Source: an uncultured Gammaproteobacteria bacterium (lineage in GTDB: Bacteria > Pseudomonadota > Gammaproteobacteria > Magnimaribacterales > Magnimaribacteraceae). Taken from it: a DNA stretch of 64,000 nucleotides. Location of the stretch: the NCBI GenBank assembly GCA_913031395.1, contig CAJWDT010000004.1:790-64789 (forward strand), in the 5' to 3' direction. Position 1 is the stretch's first letter. Every line of letters starts with the position of its first letter. Below the pieces are notes generated by a model. It saw only the letters and a program-made list of their open reading frames with translations, was not told the origin of the DNA and ran no database searches. Both the position numbers and the translations under genes were made by a program. This document shows positions 30,451 to 40,238 of the stretch, in pieces.

Positions 30451-33318
30451 TTATTGACATGCATCACAGTCTGGATCAAGTATTGAGCAAGCAGACGGTG
30501 CTGTTGTATTATTTTGTGGTTGGACTTCTGGTTGAGCTGTAGCAGAAACAGCATTAAGTTCTCCTGTCGATATCGTTGACTTTTCTGCTGTCGTAGCTGA
30601 TCTAGATCTAAGATAATAGGTCGTTTTTAGACCTCTTAACCAAGCCATACGATACATAATATCTAGTTTCTTACCATTTGGTTCATCTATGTATAGGTTC
30701 AAAGATTGACTTTGATCTATCCACTTTTGTCTTCTACTTGCGGCATCTATTAACCATCTTGGCTCTATATCAAACGCCGTCGCATAGAGTTCTTTAACTT
30801 CTTCTGGAATCCTAGATATCCCCTTAACGCTACCATCATAATATTTTAGATCATTAATCATGACCGAATCCCAAAGACCTAGTCTTTTTAGGTTCTCTAC
30901 CATTGGTATATTCGTGACTGTGAACTCTCCTGAAAGATTAGATTTAACATATAGGTTTTGATAAGTCGGTTCTATAGATTGAGAAACGCCTGTGATATTA
31001 GCAATTGTTGCTGTTGGAGCTATTGCCATAACATTAGAATTCCTTATTCCTTGGTTTCTTACTATTTCCCTTAAGCCATCCCAATCCATGGATGAACTTT
31101 CATCCATCTCAAGGTAATCTTCTCCTCGGCTTTCTTTAAGTAATTTTATGGAATCGATAGGAAGAATACCTTGGCTCCAGAGAGAGCCTTCGTATGATTG
31201 ATAAGCTCCTCTTTCTTTGGCGAGATCGCTTGATGCTTTTATGGCGTAATAGCTGACCATTTCCATAGATTTATCAGCAAAATCCACTGCTTCTTGTGAA
31301 GCATAAGGCGTTTCCAGCATATATAGCGCATCATGAAAACCCATAATACCCAATCCAATTGGCCTATGCTTCATATTGGACGTCTCGGCTGCCTTTACTG
31401 CATAAAAGTTTATATCTATGACGTTATCTAGCATTCTTATAGCAGTATTTATTGTTTTTTCTAGCTTCTCCTCATCCATCTTTCCGTCTTTGATGTGGTG
31501 GGTTAGATTTACTGATCCTAAGTTACATACAGCTATTTCGTCTTGACTTGTATTTAGAGTTATCTCTGTACACAGATTAGAGGAATGAACCACACCTGTG
31601 TGTTGTTGTGGAGATCTCAGATTACATACATCTTTGAAAGTTATCCATGGATGACCCGTTTCGAATACCATTGACAGCATTTTCTTCCATAGATCTTTCG
31701 CTTCTACTTCTTTGAAGAATTCTATCTCCCCTGTCTTGGTTTGCGCTTCATATTCTTCATACCTTTTTTCAAACTCTAGCCCATAGAGGTCGTGCAGATC
31801 AGGTGTATCACTTGGTGTGAATAGTGTCCATTTCTTATCTTCAGATACTCGTTTTAGAAATAGATCAGGCACCCAATTAGCAGTATTCATATCATGAGTT
31901 CTTCTTCTATCATCTCCTGTATTTTTTCTTAGCTCCACAAATTCTTCTATATCAACGTGCCAGGTTTCTAGATAAGAACAAACTGCTCCTTTTCTTTTCC
32001 CGCCTTGGTTTACTGCCACTGCAGTGTCATTAACTACCTTTAGAAATGGCACAACACCTTGCGATTTTCCATTTGTTCCTTTTATCTGTGACCCTAATCC
32101 TCTTACTGGTGTCCAGTCGTTTCCTAATCCCCCAGCCCATTTTGAGAGCATTGCATTATCTTGTATCGCTCCGTATATACCATGTAGATCATCAGGTACA
32201 GTTGTAAGGTAACAAGATGATAATTGAGAGTGTTTTGTTCCTGAATTAAAGAGAGTTGGTGTAGAACTCATGTAGTCAAAACTTGATAGTAGATTATAGA
32301 ATTCGATGGCTTTTTCTTCTCTTTTTTCTTCCCTAAGAGCAAGACCCATTGAAACCCTCATAAAAAAGACTTGAGGTAACTCATATCTTATTTCTGTATC
32401 GTGGATGAAATATCGATCATATAGTGTTTGCAATCCAAGATAGGTAAAATCCATATCTCTGGAGGAGTCTATTGCTTTACCTAATTTTTCTATATCCATC
32501 TCAAGTAATTCAGGATTTAGAATTTCATTTTCCACTCCTTTAGTTAAGAAACTTCTTAAAGCTTGAGGGTAGAGGGCTTTCATTTCTTGTTGTGTTGCTT
32601 GTTTCTGTAGTCCTAAATATGTAAGGGCTTCAGTTCTTATGTTATCGAGCAATATCCTGGCCGTTACGTAAGTATAATTTGGTTCCTGCTCCACCAGAGT
32701 TCTTGAGGTCATTACGAGCGATGTCCTAGCATCTTCTTCGGTTACTCCGTCATAAAGGTTCTTATTTGCTTCATCTATTATTTGTTGAGCGTTCGTTCCC
32801 TCTAATCCTTCACACGCTTCTGTCACCATTATTTCTAGATGTTTTGTGTCTTGAGTGTCCTCATCTCCATTTTCTAGAGTTACCCTTATTCCTTCTTTCT
32901 CCTCTTTTTGTGGCTCTTCTTTCTGCCTTAGTTGTTTCCTTTCTTCTCGGTATAGAACATAAGTCCTAGCTACTTTTTGTTCACCTGATCTCATTAATTC
33001 CAGTTCTACTTGGTCTTGTATTTCCTCTATATGTAGTGTCCCTCCAGAGGGCATTCTCCTTGTGAATGTTGTAGTAACTGAGTTTGCCAATTGATTTACT
33101 TCGTTGTGTATTCTTGTTGAGGCAGCAGCTGCTCCTCCCTCTACAGCCAGAAAAGCTTTCGTTATCGCTATGGCTATTTTTTCTGCATCATAAGAAACTA
33201 CAGAGCCATTACGTTTTATGACTCTCATTTGCCCTGGTGCTATGGCTGGTTTCGGTTGTTCTTGTTCTATTTGTGTCGTTTTTTGCTTATTTTCTTCTTT
33301 TTGTGTGGTTGATTCCAT
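30451..33318 (-). CDS. nrdA: Ribonucleotide reductase class Ia alpha subunit with two N-terminal ATP cones
   Basis: VIKRNG cone, STPTLFNSG, SSCY, SNLCTE, VCNLGS, KTTYYLR, C-terminal CxxC. Confidence 0.97.
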   Translation of the reverse strand: MESTTQKEENKQKTTQIEQEQPKPAIAPGQMRVIKRNGSVVSYDAEKIAIAITKAFLAVEGGAAAASTRIHNEVNQLANSVTTTFTRRMPSGGTLHIEEIQDQVELELMRSGEQKVARTYVLYREERKQLRQKEEPQKEEKEGIRVTLENGDEDTQDTKHLEIMVTEACEGLEGTNAQQIIDEANKNLYDGVTEEDARTSLVMTSRTLVEQEPNYTYVTARILLDNIRTEALTYLGLQKQATQQEMKALYPQALRSFLTKGVENEILNPELLEMDIEKLGKAIDSSRDMDFTYLGLQTLYDRYFIHDTEIRYELPQVFFMRVSMGLALREEKREEKAIEFYNLLSSFDYMSSTPTLFNSGTKHSQLSSCYLTTVPDDLHGIYGAIQDNAMLSKWAGGLGNDWTPVRGLGSQIKGTNGKSQGVVPFLKVVNDTAVAVNQGGKRKGAVCSYLETWHVDIEEFVELRKNTGDDRRRTHDMNTANWVPDLFLKRVSEDKKWTLFTPSDTPDLHDLYGLEFEKRYEEYEAQTKTGEIEFFKEVEAKDLWKKMLSMVFETGHPWITFKDVCNLRSPQQHTGVVHSSNLCTEITLNTSQDEIAVCNLGSVNLTHHIKDGKMDEEKLEKTINTAIRMLDNVIDINFYAVKAAETSNMKHRPIGLGIMGFHDALYMLETPYASQEAVDFADKSMEMVSYYAIKASSDLAKERGAYQSYEGSLWSQGILPIDSIKLLKESRGEDYLEMDESSSMDWDGLREIVRNQGIRNSNVMAIAPTATIANITGVSQSIEPTYQNLYVKSNLSGEFTVTNIPMVENLKRLGLWDSVMINDLKYYDGSVKGISRIPEEVKELYATAFDIEPRWLIDAASRRQKWIDQSQSLNLYIDEPNGKKLDIMYRMAWLRGLKTTYYLRSRSATTAEKSTISTGELNAVSATAQPEVQPQNNTTAPSACSILDPDCDACQ

Positions 33319-33358
33319 TTTTCCTTCCCTTTTCGTTTTTCTTCCTTTTTTGAAGATA

Positions 33359-33406
33359 TCCCTATATGTAGTGTCCTTTTTTCTCTATAGACACAAGATA
33401 CTGTGT
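33359..33406. promoter_or_regulatory. Tandem NrdR boxes upstream of nrdA
   Basis: tccCTATATGTAGtgt (33359-33374) and acaCAAGATACTGtgt (33391-33406), 32 bp apart, fit acaCwAtATaTwGtgt. Confidence 0.85.
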
Positions 33407-33456
33407 TTTGAATAAAAACACAATACTATAAACATACAATTTTTCTGTTAATTTGT

Positions 33457-33465
33457 TGTGGATAA
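33457..33465 (-). promoter_or_regulatory. DnaA box in nrdA upstream region
   Basis: TGTGGATAA is a perfect TTATCCACA on the minus strand; DnaA control of nrdAB is known in E. coli. Confidence 0.65.
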
Positions 33466-33511
33466 GTTTTTAGTAACTTAGTTTTTTGTATACTGTTATA
33501 AAAGGGCAATC

Positions 33512-34966
33512 ATGAACGATAAAATTATTTCAATAGATCAAGGCACTTCGAGCACTCGTTCTGTTTTGTACGATAAGAATGGACAGTTTATTGACGCAGT
33601 TCAGGAAGAATTTGAACAAATTTTTCCTGACGATGGTTGGGTAGAACATAATCCCGAAAAGATATGGAACTCTGTATTGAACACATTATCCGCTCTGGTA
33701 AAAAATAATAATGTAGAAAGTAGTGATATTGCTTCGATTGGAATAACTAACCAAAGAGAAACTACAGTTATCTGGAATAAAAAAACTGGTATACCTATTT
33801 ACAATGCTATTGTCTGGCAAGATAGAAGGACAGCTAATTATTGCGAAAGATTAAGATCTCAAGAAGGGCTTATTCATAAAAAAACGGGGCTCGCTGTTGA
33901 TCCTTATTTCTCTGCTACAAAAATTAGATGGTTACTTGAAAATATTGATGGTGCAAGAGAAGAAGCTAAAAAGGGAGATTTGTTGTTTGGCACTATAGAT
34001 ACTTTTTTAATTTGGAAGCTTACTGAGGGAAAGAGTCACAAAACAGATATTACCAATGCTTCGAGAACTATGCTCTTTAATATAGAGGAAGAGAAATGGG
34101 ATCATGAGCTTTTAGATTTATTTGAAATACCTTCTAATATTCTCCCCGAAGTTTGTGAAAATGTTTCTGATTTCGGTTCTACAAAAATTTTAGGTGGACC
34201 TATAAATATAGGTGGAGTTGCTGGAGATCAGCAAGCAGCCTTAATTGGTCAGTGCTGTTTTAGTGTAGGTGAGGTTAAGAGTACTTACGGAACTGGCTGT
34301 TTTATGATTGTGAATACCGGTGAAGAGGCTATTTATTCAAAGAATAAACTTCTTACAACCATTGGGTACAAAATAAACGGAAAAATAAATTATGCCTTAG
34401 AGGGAAGTATATTTGTTGCAGGATCAGCTATTCAATGGCTAAGAGATGGTTTGGGAATGTTCGAAGATTCTTCAGAAACTGAAGCACTATCCATGAAGGC
34501 TTCCCAGAAATCTAAAGTCCTTGTTGTGCCTGCTTTGACTGGACTTGGTGCACCTTATTGGGATGCAGAGGCAAGAGGTGCCATATTTGGTTTAACAAGA
34601 GATACTGGAAAGGAGGAAATAACTAAAGCAACTTTAGAATCTGTGGTCTTTCAGTCAAAAGACCTTTTGGAAGCAATGAAAAAGGATAAAGCTTCTTTTC
34701 AAAAATTAATGATTGACGGAGGCATGGTTGCTAATGATTGGTTCTGTCAAAAACTAAGTAATATCTTAGAGGTGGATGTTGCAAGGCCAAAAATTATTGA
34801 AACTACTGCGTTGGGAGCCGCCTTCTTAGCAGGAGTAAGTGCAGGAGTTTTTGAAGATCTAGATTCCTTAAGAGAGATAAAAGAAGTAGATAAAACTTTT
34901 TCTCCAATAGAAGACGAGAATAGATATTTAGAGTGGAAAGAAGCCGTAGAAAAGGTTTTGACTTAG
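33512..34966 (+). CDS. glpK: Glycerol kinase
   Basis: IDQGTSSTR, GITNQRETT, VWQDRRT, GDQQAAL, STYGTGCF, GLGAPYW. Confidence 0.97.
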   Translation: MNDKIISIDQGTSSTRSVLYDKNGQFIDAVQEEFEQIFPDDGWVEHNPEKIWNSVLNTLSALVKNNNVESSDIASIGITNQRETTVIWNKKTGIPIYNAIVWQDRRTANYCERLRSQEGLIHKKTGLAVDPYFSATKIRWLLENIDGAREEAKKGDLLFGTIDTFLIWKLTEGKSHKTDITNASRTMLFNIEEEKWDHELLDLFEIPSNILPEVCENVSDFGSTKILGGPINIGGVAGDQQAALIGQCCFSVGEVKSTYGTGCFMIVNTGEEAIYSKNKLLTTIGYKINGKINYALEGSIFVAGSAIQWLRDGLGMFEDSSETEALSMKASQKSKVLVVPALTGLGAPYWDAEARGAIFGLTRDTGKEEITKATLESVVFQSKDLLEAMKKDKASFQKLMIDGGMVANDWFCQKLSNILEVDVARPKIIETTALGAAFLAGVSAGVFEDLDSLREIKEVDKTFSPIEDENRYLEWKEAVEKVLT

Positions 34967-35844
34967 CCTATGAGCTCAACAAGCAGGGCTTTCTGCGCAT
35001 GTAGTCTGTTCTCTGCTTGTCTAAAAACTCTACTCCTTGAATCAGTAAGAAGATTCTCAGATATTTCTTGGCCCCTAATAGCAGGAAGACAATGCAAGAA
35101 TATTGCATCAGATTTTGCTTTATCGAGTATATCCTCATTAACTTGATAGTCCTTAAAGGCCTTTTCTCTTTTAGAGGCATCATTTTCATCGCCCATAGAA
35201 ACCCATACATCTGTGGTAACTAAATCACTATCCTCAACTGCCTCTTGCATTGAGGTTGTAAGATTAACATTATTAAAATCAAGAGAATCTCCTGGACTAA
35301 ATTCTTTAGGACAAGCTACCCAAAATTCAAAATCTAATAAATCGGCTGCTTGAGCATAGCTATAGCAGACGTTATTGAAATCTCCACACCATGCTATTTT
35401 TTTTCCTTTAATAGAGCCCTTTTCTTCATAGTATGTAAGTAGATCAGCAAGAATCTGACAAGGATGAGATTTATTACTTAGTCCATTTATGACTGGTACA
35501 GAGGAATGATTAGAGAAATCAAGTTGTGTCTGGTGTTCAATGGTTCTCAAAACTAATCCATCTACCATTGAGCTTATTACTTTAGAGGTATCCTCAATTA
35601 TTTCCCCACGCCCAAGCTGTAAATCTTGAATGGAGAGGAAACTGGCTTTTCCACCAAGCTGAGTCATTCCCACCTCGAAAGAGATCCTCGTCCTGGTTGA
35701 CGACTTTTCAAATATAAGCCCTAAAAATTTTCCCTGAAGAATATTAGAAATCTTGCTTTTGCCCTTGAGATCAAGGGCTTTATCGATGAGATTTTCTAAT
35801 TCATTTGAGTTTAGGTCATTTATGTCTAGGAAATGTGATTTCAT
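34963..35844 (-). CDS. argF: Ornithine carbamoyltransferase
   Basis: FEKSSTRTR, HPCQ, DVWVSMG, FLHCLP, QAENR; start at ATG 35844. Confidence 0.95.
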   Translation of the reverse strand: MKSHFLDINDLNSNELENLIDKALDLKGKSKISNILQGKFLGLIFEKSSTRTRISFEVGMTQLGGKASFLSIQDLQLGRGEIIEDTSKVISSMVDGLVLRTIEHQTQLDFSNHSSVPVINGLSNKSHPCQILADLLTYYEEKGSIKGKKIAWCGDFNNVCYSYAQAADLLDFEFWVACPKEFSPGDSLDFNNVNLTTSMQEAVEDSDLVTTDVWVSMGDENDASKREKAFKDYQVNEDILDKAKSDAIFLHCLPAIRGQEISENLLTDSRSRVFRQAENRLHAQKALLVELIG

Positions 35845-35931
35845 AAGTCTAAAAAATTCAAGAATATAGATTATCGTACATTTAGGCAATTAATGGTAAG
35901 CTTCTTTACTTCCTAAAAACTCCCATAAAAA

Positions 35932-37119
35932 ATGAAAAAATTTACAGTAAGACCCTACAGCAGCATAGCTAAAATAGGACTAGAAAAATTAGATGGAACT
36001 TCCTGCAGCTTGAATGAAGAAACTACAAGTCCTGACGGGATATTGGTAAGAAGTACCAAGCTAGATTCAAGTCACCTTACAGAGAATCTAAAGGCTATCT
36101 CAAGAGCAGGTGCGGGTGTTAATAACATACCTGTTAATTCTTGCACTGAGAAGGGTATTGTTGTCTTCAATACACCAGGTGCAAATGCAAATGCTGTGAA
36201 AGAATTAGTCCTTGCAGGACTCATGCTATCTTCACGTAATGTCTATGCAAGTATTGATTTCGTTAACAAACTTTCTGATATGAAAGAAATGAATGAACTT
36301 GAACCTTTTCTAGAAAGCAACAAGAAGCAGTTCAAGGGAAATGAACTTGCTGGCTCGACTTTGGGAGTGGTAGGTTTAGGAGCTATAGGTTCTAAGGTTG
36401 CAAGAATGGGTGTTTCTTTGGATATGAATGTCGTAGGTTTTGATCCAGCTCTGTCTGTTGAAGCTGCTTGGCGCTTACCGAGTCAAGTTTCACCTGCAAA
36501 TTCTATAGAGGAACTGTTTAAGGTTAGTGACTATGTTTCCATTCATATTCCAGCCTTGCCAACGACTGAAGGAATAATTAATAAAGATCTATTTAAAGAA
36601 GCTAGCCAATTATCTCTCTTGAATTTCGCTCGACATGAGGTAGTAAATACTTTGGACGTATTAGATTTTATTGAGAAGGGAAACTTAAGAAATTTTATAA
36701 CTGACTTTCCAACACCTGAACTAATAAGTAGAGCTAATAAAGAAAAGGATGTAATTTTGCTTCCACACATAGGCGCTAGTACTGCTCAAGCGGAAGAGAA
36801 TTGTGCTGTAATGGCTGTTAATCAAATGACAGATTTCCTAGAAACTGGAAACATTAAGAATTCAGTAAACTTTCCTGACGTAAAACTTAAAAGGACTTCC
36901 GATCACAGAATCAGCATAATCAACAAAAATGTTCCCGCAATGATAGGGCAAATTGCTACAGCCCTAGGTGAATTAAATTTAAATATTGCTGAAATGACAA
37001 ATGTCAGCAGAGATGAGGTTGCATACAACCTTATCGATATAGAAAATGAGGTTAATGAAGAATCAATTACAAAATTAAGCGAGATAGAAAACGTTATCAA
37101 TGTAAGACTAATAAATTAG
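35932..37119 (+). CDS. serA: D-3-phosphoglycerate dehydrogenase family protein with ACT domain
   Basis: RAGAGVNNI, NTPGANANAVKE, GLGAIG, PHIGASTAQAEENCA, C-terminal ACT. Confidence 0.85.
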   Translation: MKKFTVRPYSSIAKIGLEKLDGTSCSLNEETTSPDGILVRSTKLDSSHLTENLKAISRAGAGVNNIPVNSCTEKGIVVFNTPGANANAVKELVLAGLMLSSRNVYASIDFVNKLSDMKEMNELEPFLESNKKQFKGNELAGSTLGVVGLGAIGSKVARMGVSLDMNVVGFDPALSVEAAWRLPSQVSPANSIEELFKVSDYVSIHIPALPTTEGIINKDLFKEASQLSLLNFARHEVVNTLDVLDFIEKGNLRNFITDFPTPELISRANKEKDVILLPHIGASTAQAEENCAVMAVNQMTDFLETGNIKNSVNFPDVKLKRTSDHRISIINKNVPAMIGQIATALGELNLNIAEMTNVSRDEVAYNLIDIENEVNEESITKLSEIENVINVRLIN

Positions 37120-37480
37120 CCTTTTAAGCTATTGTTTCCTTTGTTAATTATTTATAAAAATTAAAAAGATTTTATAAATTTGACTGAAGAATTATAAAAT
37201 TTACGCACAACCTCTTAGCGTTAAACCGATTTGTTAAAATTAAAAAAGAAATTTAGGTATTTTTAGCTATAGATTTGATCATTTTTTTTAAGTTATTGTT
37301 TTTATTATATTTTTTTAAATGTGATTGAATTTTGATCAATCCGCTCAAACTCACCTATTTTTCTAATATATTAAAAATTTTTGAAGTTATCCAAAGACTT
37401 ATCCACAGGAATTGTGGATAATTCTTGAAGCAAGAAATTCATTATTTTTGGATCAAATATAAGTTATAGTTTTATTAAAA
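37120..37480. other. Candidate replication origin (oriC): AT-rich spacer with DnaA boxes
   Basis: TTATCCAAA 37387-37395, TTATCCACA 37399-37407, TGTGGATAA 37413-37421, next to a very AT-rich tract; longest intergenic region in the window. Confidence 0.55.
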
Positions 37481-38161
37481 ATGAGTTCAAAAATAGACCC
37501 CAATATTGATATTTCCTGGTTAAAACAGCTTTCTGCAGAGCTAAAAAAAAGTTATCTAGATGAATTGTGGAATTTCTTAATTAAAGAAAAATTAAAGAAT
37601 AAAATTATTTATCCAACTGAAGAAAATATTTTCTCTTCATTGAAATTAACTCCTCTCAATAAGACCAAGGTTGTAATTTTTGGTCAAGATCCCTACCACG
37701 GACCAGGACAAGCCAATGGCCTTGCTTTTTCAGTTAATAAAGGAGTTTCTTTACCACCTTCACTTAATAATATTTTTAAAGAGGTTAGTGATGACCTTAA
37801 CGGACCTCCACCAAAAGATGGAGACCTGACATTTTGGGCAAAGCAGGGAGTTCTACTTTTGAATTCGGTGTTAACTGTTGAAGATAGTCATCCCGATTCT
37901 CACGCGGGACGTGGTTGGGAAGAGTTTACGGACAGGATCATAGAAATTCTCAATCAAAAAAAAAATATTGTTTTCCTTTTATGGGGAGCTAAGGCCCAAA
38001 GAAAAGGTTTAATGATTGACCAAAACAGGCATATGGTTCTTTGTGCACCTCATCCTTCACCTTTGTCTGCCTATAAAGGTTTTTTTGGATGCAAACATTT
38101 TTCAAAAACCAATCAATATCTTCAAGCGAAAGGTAAAAAGCCCATAAGTTGGACTAACTGA
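37481..38161 (+). CDS. ung: Uracil-DNA glycosylase
   Basis: GQDPYH, PPSL, GVLLLN, HPSPLS. Confidence 0.97.
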   Translation: MSSKIDPNIDISWLKQLSAELKKSYLDELWNFLIKEKLKNKIIYPTEENIFSSLKLTPLNKTKVVIFGQDPYHGPGQANGLAFSVNKGVSLPPSLNNIFKEVSDDLNGPPPKDGDLTFWAKQGVLLLNSVLTVEDSHPDSHAGRGWEEFTDRIIEILNQKKNIVFLLWGAKAQRKGLMIDQNRHMVLCAPHPSPLSAYKGFFGCKHFSKTNQYLQAKGKKPISWTN

Positions 38162-38172
38162 TATATCAAAGA

Positions 38173-38997
38173 CTATATTTCAAATTCTTGATTTTCAAAA
38201 TTCTTATTCATTGATAAAAGATTATAAAATGATTCACCATGTTGAATGGAAGAGAGAATTATCCCTATAGCAGTTTTATTAGGGTCATATACCTTGGAAT
38301 AATCTTCTAGATAAGTAGAGGAAGTCTTAACAAGTAGCGAAGGTAATTTTTTGGCTCTATAGTGCATACGAGCTACTATTTCTTGTCCTGTATAGCATCC
38401 TTTTTCAAAATCTACTCTTGAAGACAGGTGATAGCCAAGTTCATGAGGTGTAAACATACCAATGGATTTCGAAGAGATTTCAAAATTTTTATTTTGAATA
38501 TCATCAATGAACCATTCTTCTATCTGAACTTCATGATTATCTTCAAATAAATCTTCTTTAGTTACTAGAATATGATGCTTCTTTTTCAAGAAGTGGATTC
38601 TCCAAAATGAGTCATATAGTTGATAGGATTTTTCTAAGTCAGTTTGAGGGTAATATTCGACCAAATATTCTTCGTGAATACCGTAAAACTTAAAATTTTC
38701 ATTTAACTTTATTTCAACCTCATAGAACGGTTGATACTTCATAAGAATCTCTTTAGTTTTCTGTAAAACACTTTTATCACCTATTAAAAGATAACCCTCT
38801 GATGAAGTATTCTTAATGACAGTAAATGAACTTACAACTCTTCCTTTGATGTCGCAAATTGCTCCGATTTCTGCATTGTTAATTGTTACTTTATTCACAT
38901 CAGAGGTAATCTGACCTTGAAGAAGTTGAAATGACCCTTCACCATTCAATTCAAGTATGCTCAAATGCTCAAGATTAATAAGACGTTTTTTACTCAC
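38173..38997 (-). CDS. ygfZ: Folate-binding Fe-S assembly/repair factor YgfZ
   Basis: LQGQITSDV, KGCYTGQEIVAR signature; divergent from sdhE. Confidence 0.92.
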   Translation of the reverse strand: MSKKRLINLEHLSILELNGEGSFQLLQGQITSDVNKVTINNAEIGAICDIKGRVVSSFTVIKNTSSEGYLLIGDKSVLQKTKEILMKYQPFYEVEIKLNENFKFYGIHEEYLVEYYPQTDLEKSYQLYDSFWRIHFLKKKHHILVTKEDLFEDNHEVQIEEWFIDDIQNKNFEISSKSIGMFTPHELGYHLSSRVDFEKGCYTGQEIVARMHYRAKKLPSLLVKTSSTYLEDYSKVYDPNKTAIGIILSSIQHGESFYNLLSMNKNFENQEFEI

Positions 38998-39020
38998 GCA
39001 ACTATTATAAAGGAATAACT

Positions 39021-39284
39021 TTGAATGAATTAGAGAAAAAAATATTGTGGCAATGCAGGCGAGGACTTTGGGAATTAGATGCTATTTTTATCCCTTTCGT
39101 AGAAAATAATTTTGCAGAACTTTCTAACGAAGAGATAGACTCATTTAGAGAATTACTTTCTTTTGAAGATATAGATATCTTTGATATTTTGGTTAATAAA
39201 AAGCCATTTGAGGATACAACTCTTAAGGGTATAGTTCATAAGATTATTACTTACCATGAATCAAGAATTGGAGACAATGCTTGA
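39021..39284 (+). CDS. sdhE: FAD assembly factor SdhE
   Basis: WQCRRGLWELD motif, 87 aa. Confidence 0.92.
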   Translation: MNELEKKILWQCRRGLWELDAIFIPFVENNFAELSNEEIDSFRELLSFEDIDIFDILVNKKPFEDTTLKGIVHKIITYHESRIGDNA

Positions 39285-40204
39285 TCTTAATAGCCGACTT
39301 AGGAGCAACTAACGCAAGATTTTGTATGACTGATGACGGTACTTCTTATTTTCATCAAGCAAAATATCCAATTAATAATTTCGATTCTTTAGAAGATCTT
39401 TTGAGCCTCTATTTTTCTGAACATAAAGTCACCAATCCCCAGAAAGCAGTCATCGGAGTGGCCGCTCCAATAACAGAAGATTCAATATCTTTTATAAATA
39501 TTGACTTAGAATTCAGCAAACAAAAGTTGAAGAAAAATTTTTTCCCTAAAGGATTGATAGTAGTTAATGATCTTGAACTACAAGCGCATGCTCTTCTTGA
39601 CTTAGACCAAAGGCACTTGAGTTATATTGGGGAGCTAAGGGCTAAGTCAGGCCCAAAGATTCTTATTTCTCCAGGAACAGGCCTTGGTCTTGCTGGAATT
39701 ATAGGTGATAAAGTGATATCCACAGAGGCAGGACATATTAATATTTCTACTGCAATCACGAATGATAATCTTGCAGTTATCATAAATGAATTCATGATAA
39801 AGGAGGGTAGGGCGCCAACTTATGAGGATTTCTTATCTGGAAAGGGAATATCTCGTTTCTATACTTTTTTCTCTAATGATAAAAAGTTAAAACTTACTAA
39901 CGAAGAAATTCTTGCCAAAAGAAATGATTCTTCTGCACTACAAGCAATTAACTTATTAAATTATCTTCTGGCTTCATATTTGCGTTATGTAACTCTTGTT
40001 TGGGGTGCAACGGGAGGTGTATTTTTGTCAGGTTCAATAATAAATTCACTAGTTCTGACCGAAGATTATCAAGATTTCAGAGATGTATTTGAAAGTAGCG
40101 ATACAATGAGGATTGTTTTGGAATCAGCTCCTATTGCAATCGTTCGGGATGAGGAAATAGGTTTTCTTGGAGGCATGGAGATAGCTAAAAAACTGCTAAA
40201 TTGA
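39281..40204 (+). CDS. glk: Glucokinase
   Basis: ADLGATNARF, VND, PGTGLG, TEAGH, EDFLSGKG. Confidence 0.88.
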   Translation: MILIADLGATNARFCMTDDGTSYFHQAKYPINNFDSLEDLLSLYFSEHKVTNPQKAVIGVAAPITEDSISFINIDLEFSKQKLKKNFFPKGLIVVNDLELQAHALLDLDQRHLSYIGELRAKSGPKILISPGTGLGLAGIIGDKVISTEAGHINISTAITNDNLAVIINEFMIKEGRAPTYEDFLSGKGISRFYTFFSNDKKLKLTNEEILAKRNDSSALQAINLLNYLLASYLRYVTLVWGATGGVFLSGSIINSLVLTEDYQDFRDVFESSDTMRIVLESAPIAIVRDEEIGFLGGMEIAKKLLN

Positions 40205-40205
40205 A

Positions 40206-40232
40206 GAACTTTTATTCAATGTGGCTGTCTAT
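40206..40232 (+). promoter_or_regulatory. SigmaE/AlgU-type autoregulatory promoter
   Basis: GAACTT (40206-40211)-16 bp-TCTAT (40228-40232) directly before rpoE. Confidence 0.8.
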
Positions 40233-40238
40233 GAGACT

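Noticed and set aside
37399-37421. TTATCCACA…TGTGGATAA hairpin as an intrinsic terminator
   Set aside because: It is about 280 bp from the serA stop, lacks a good U-tract, and both arms are exact DnaA boxes
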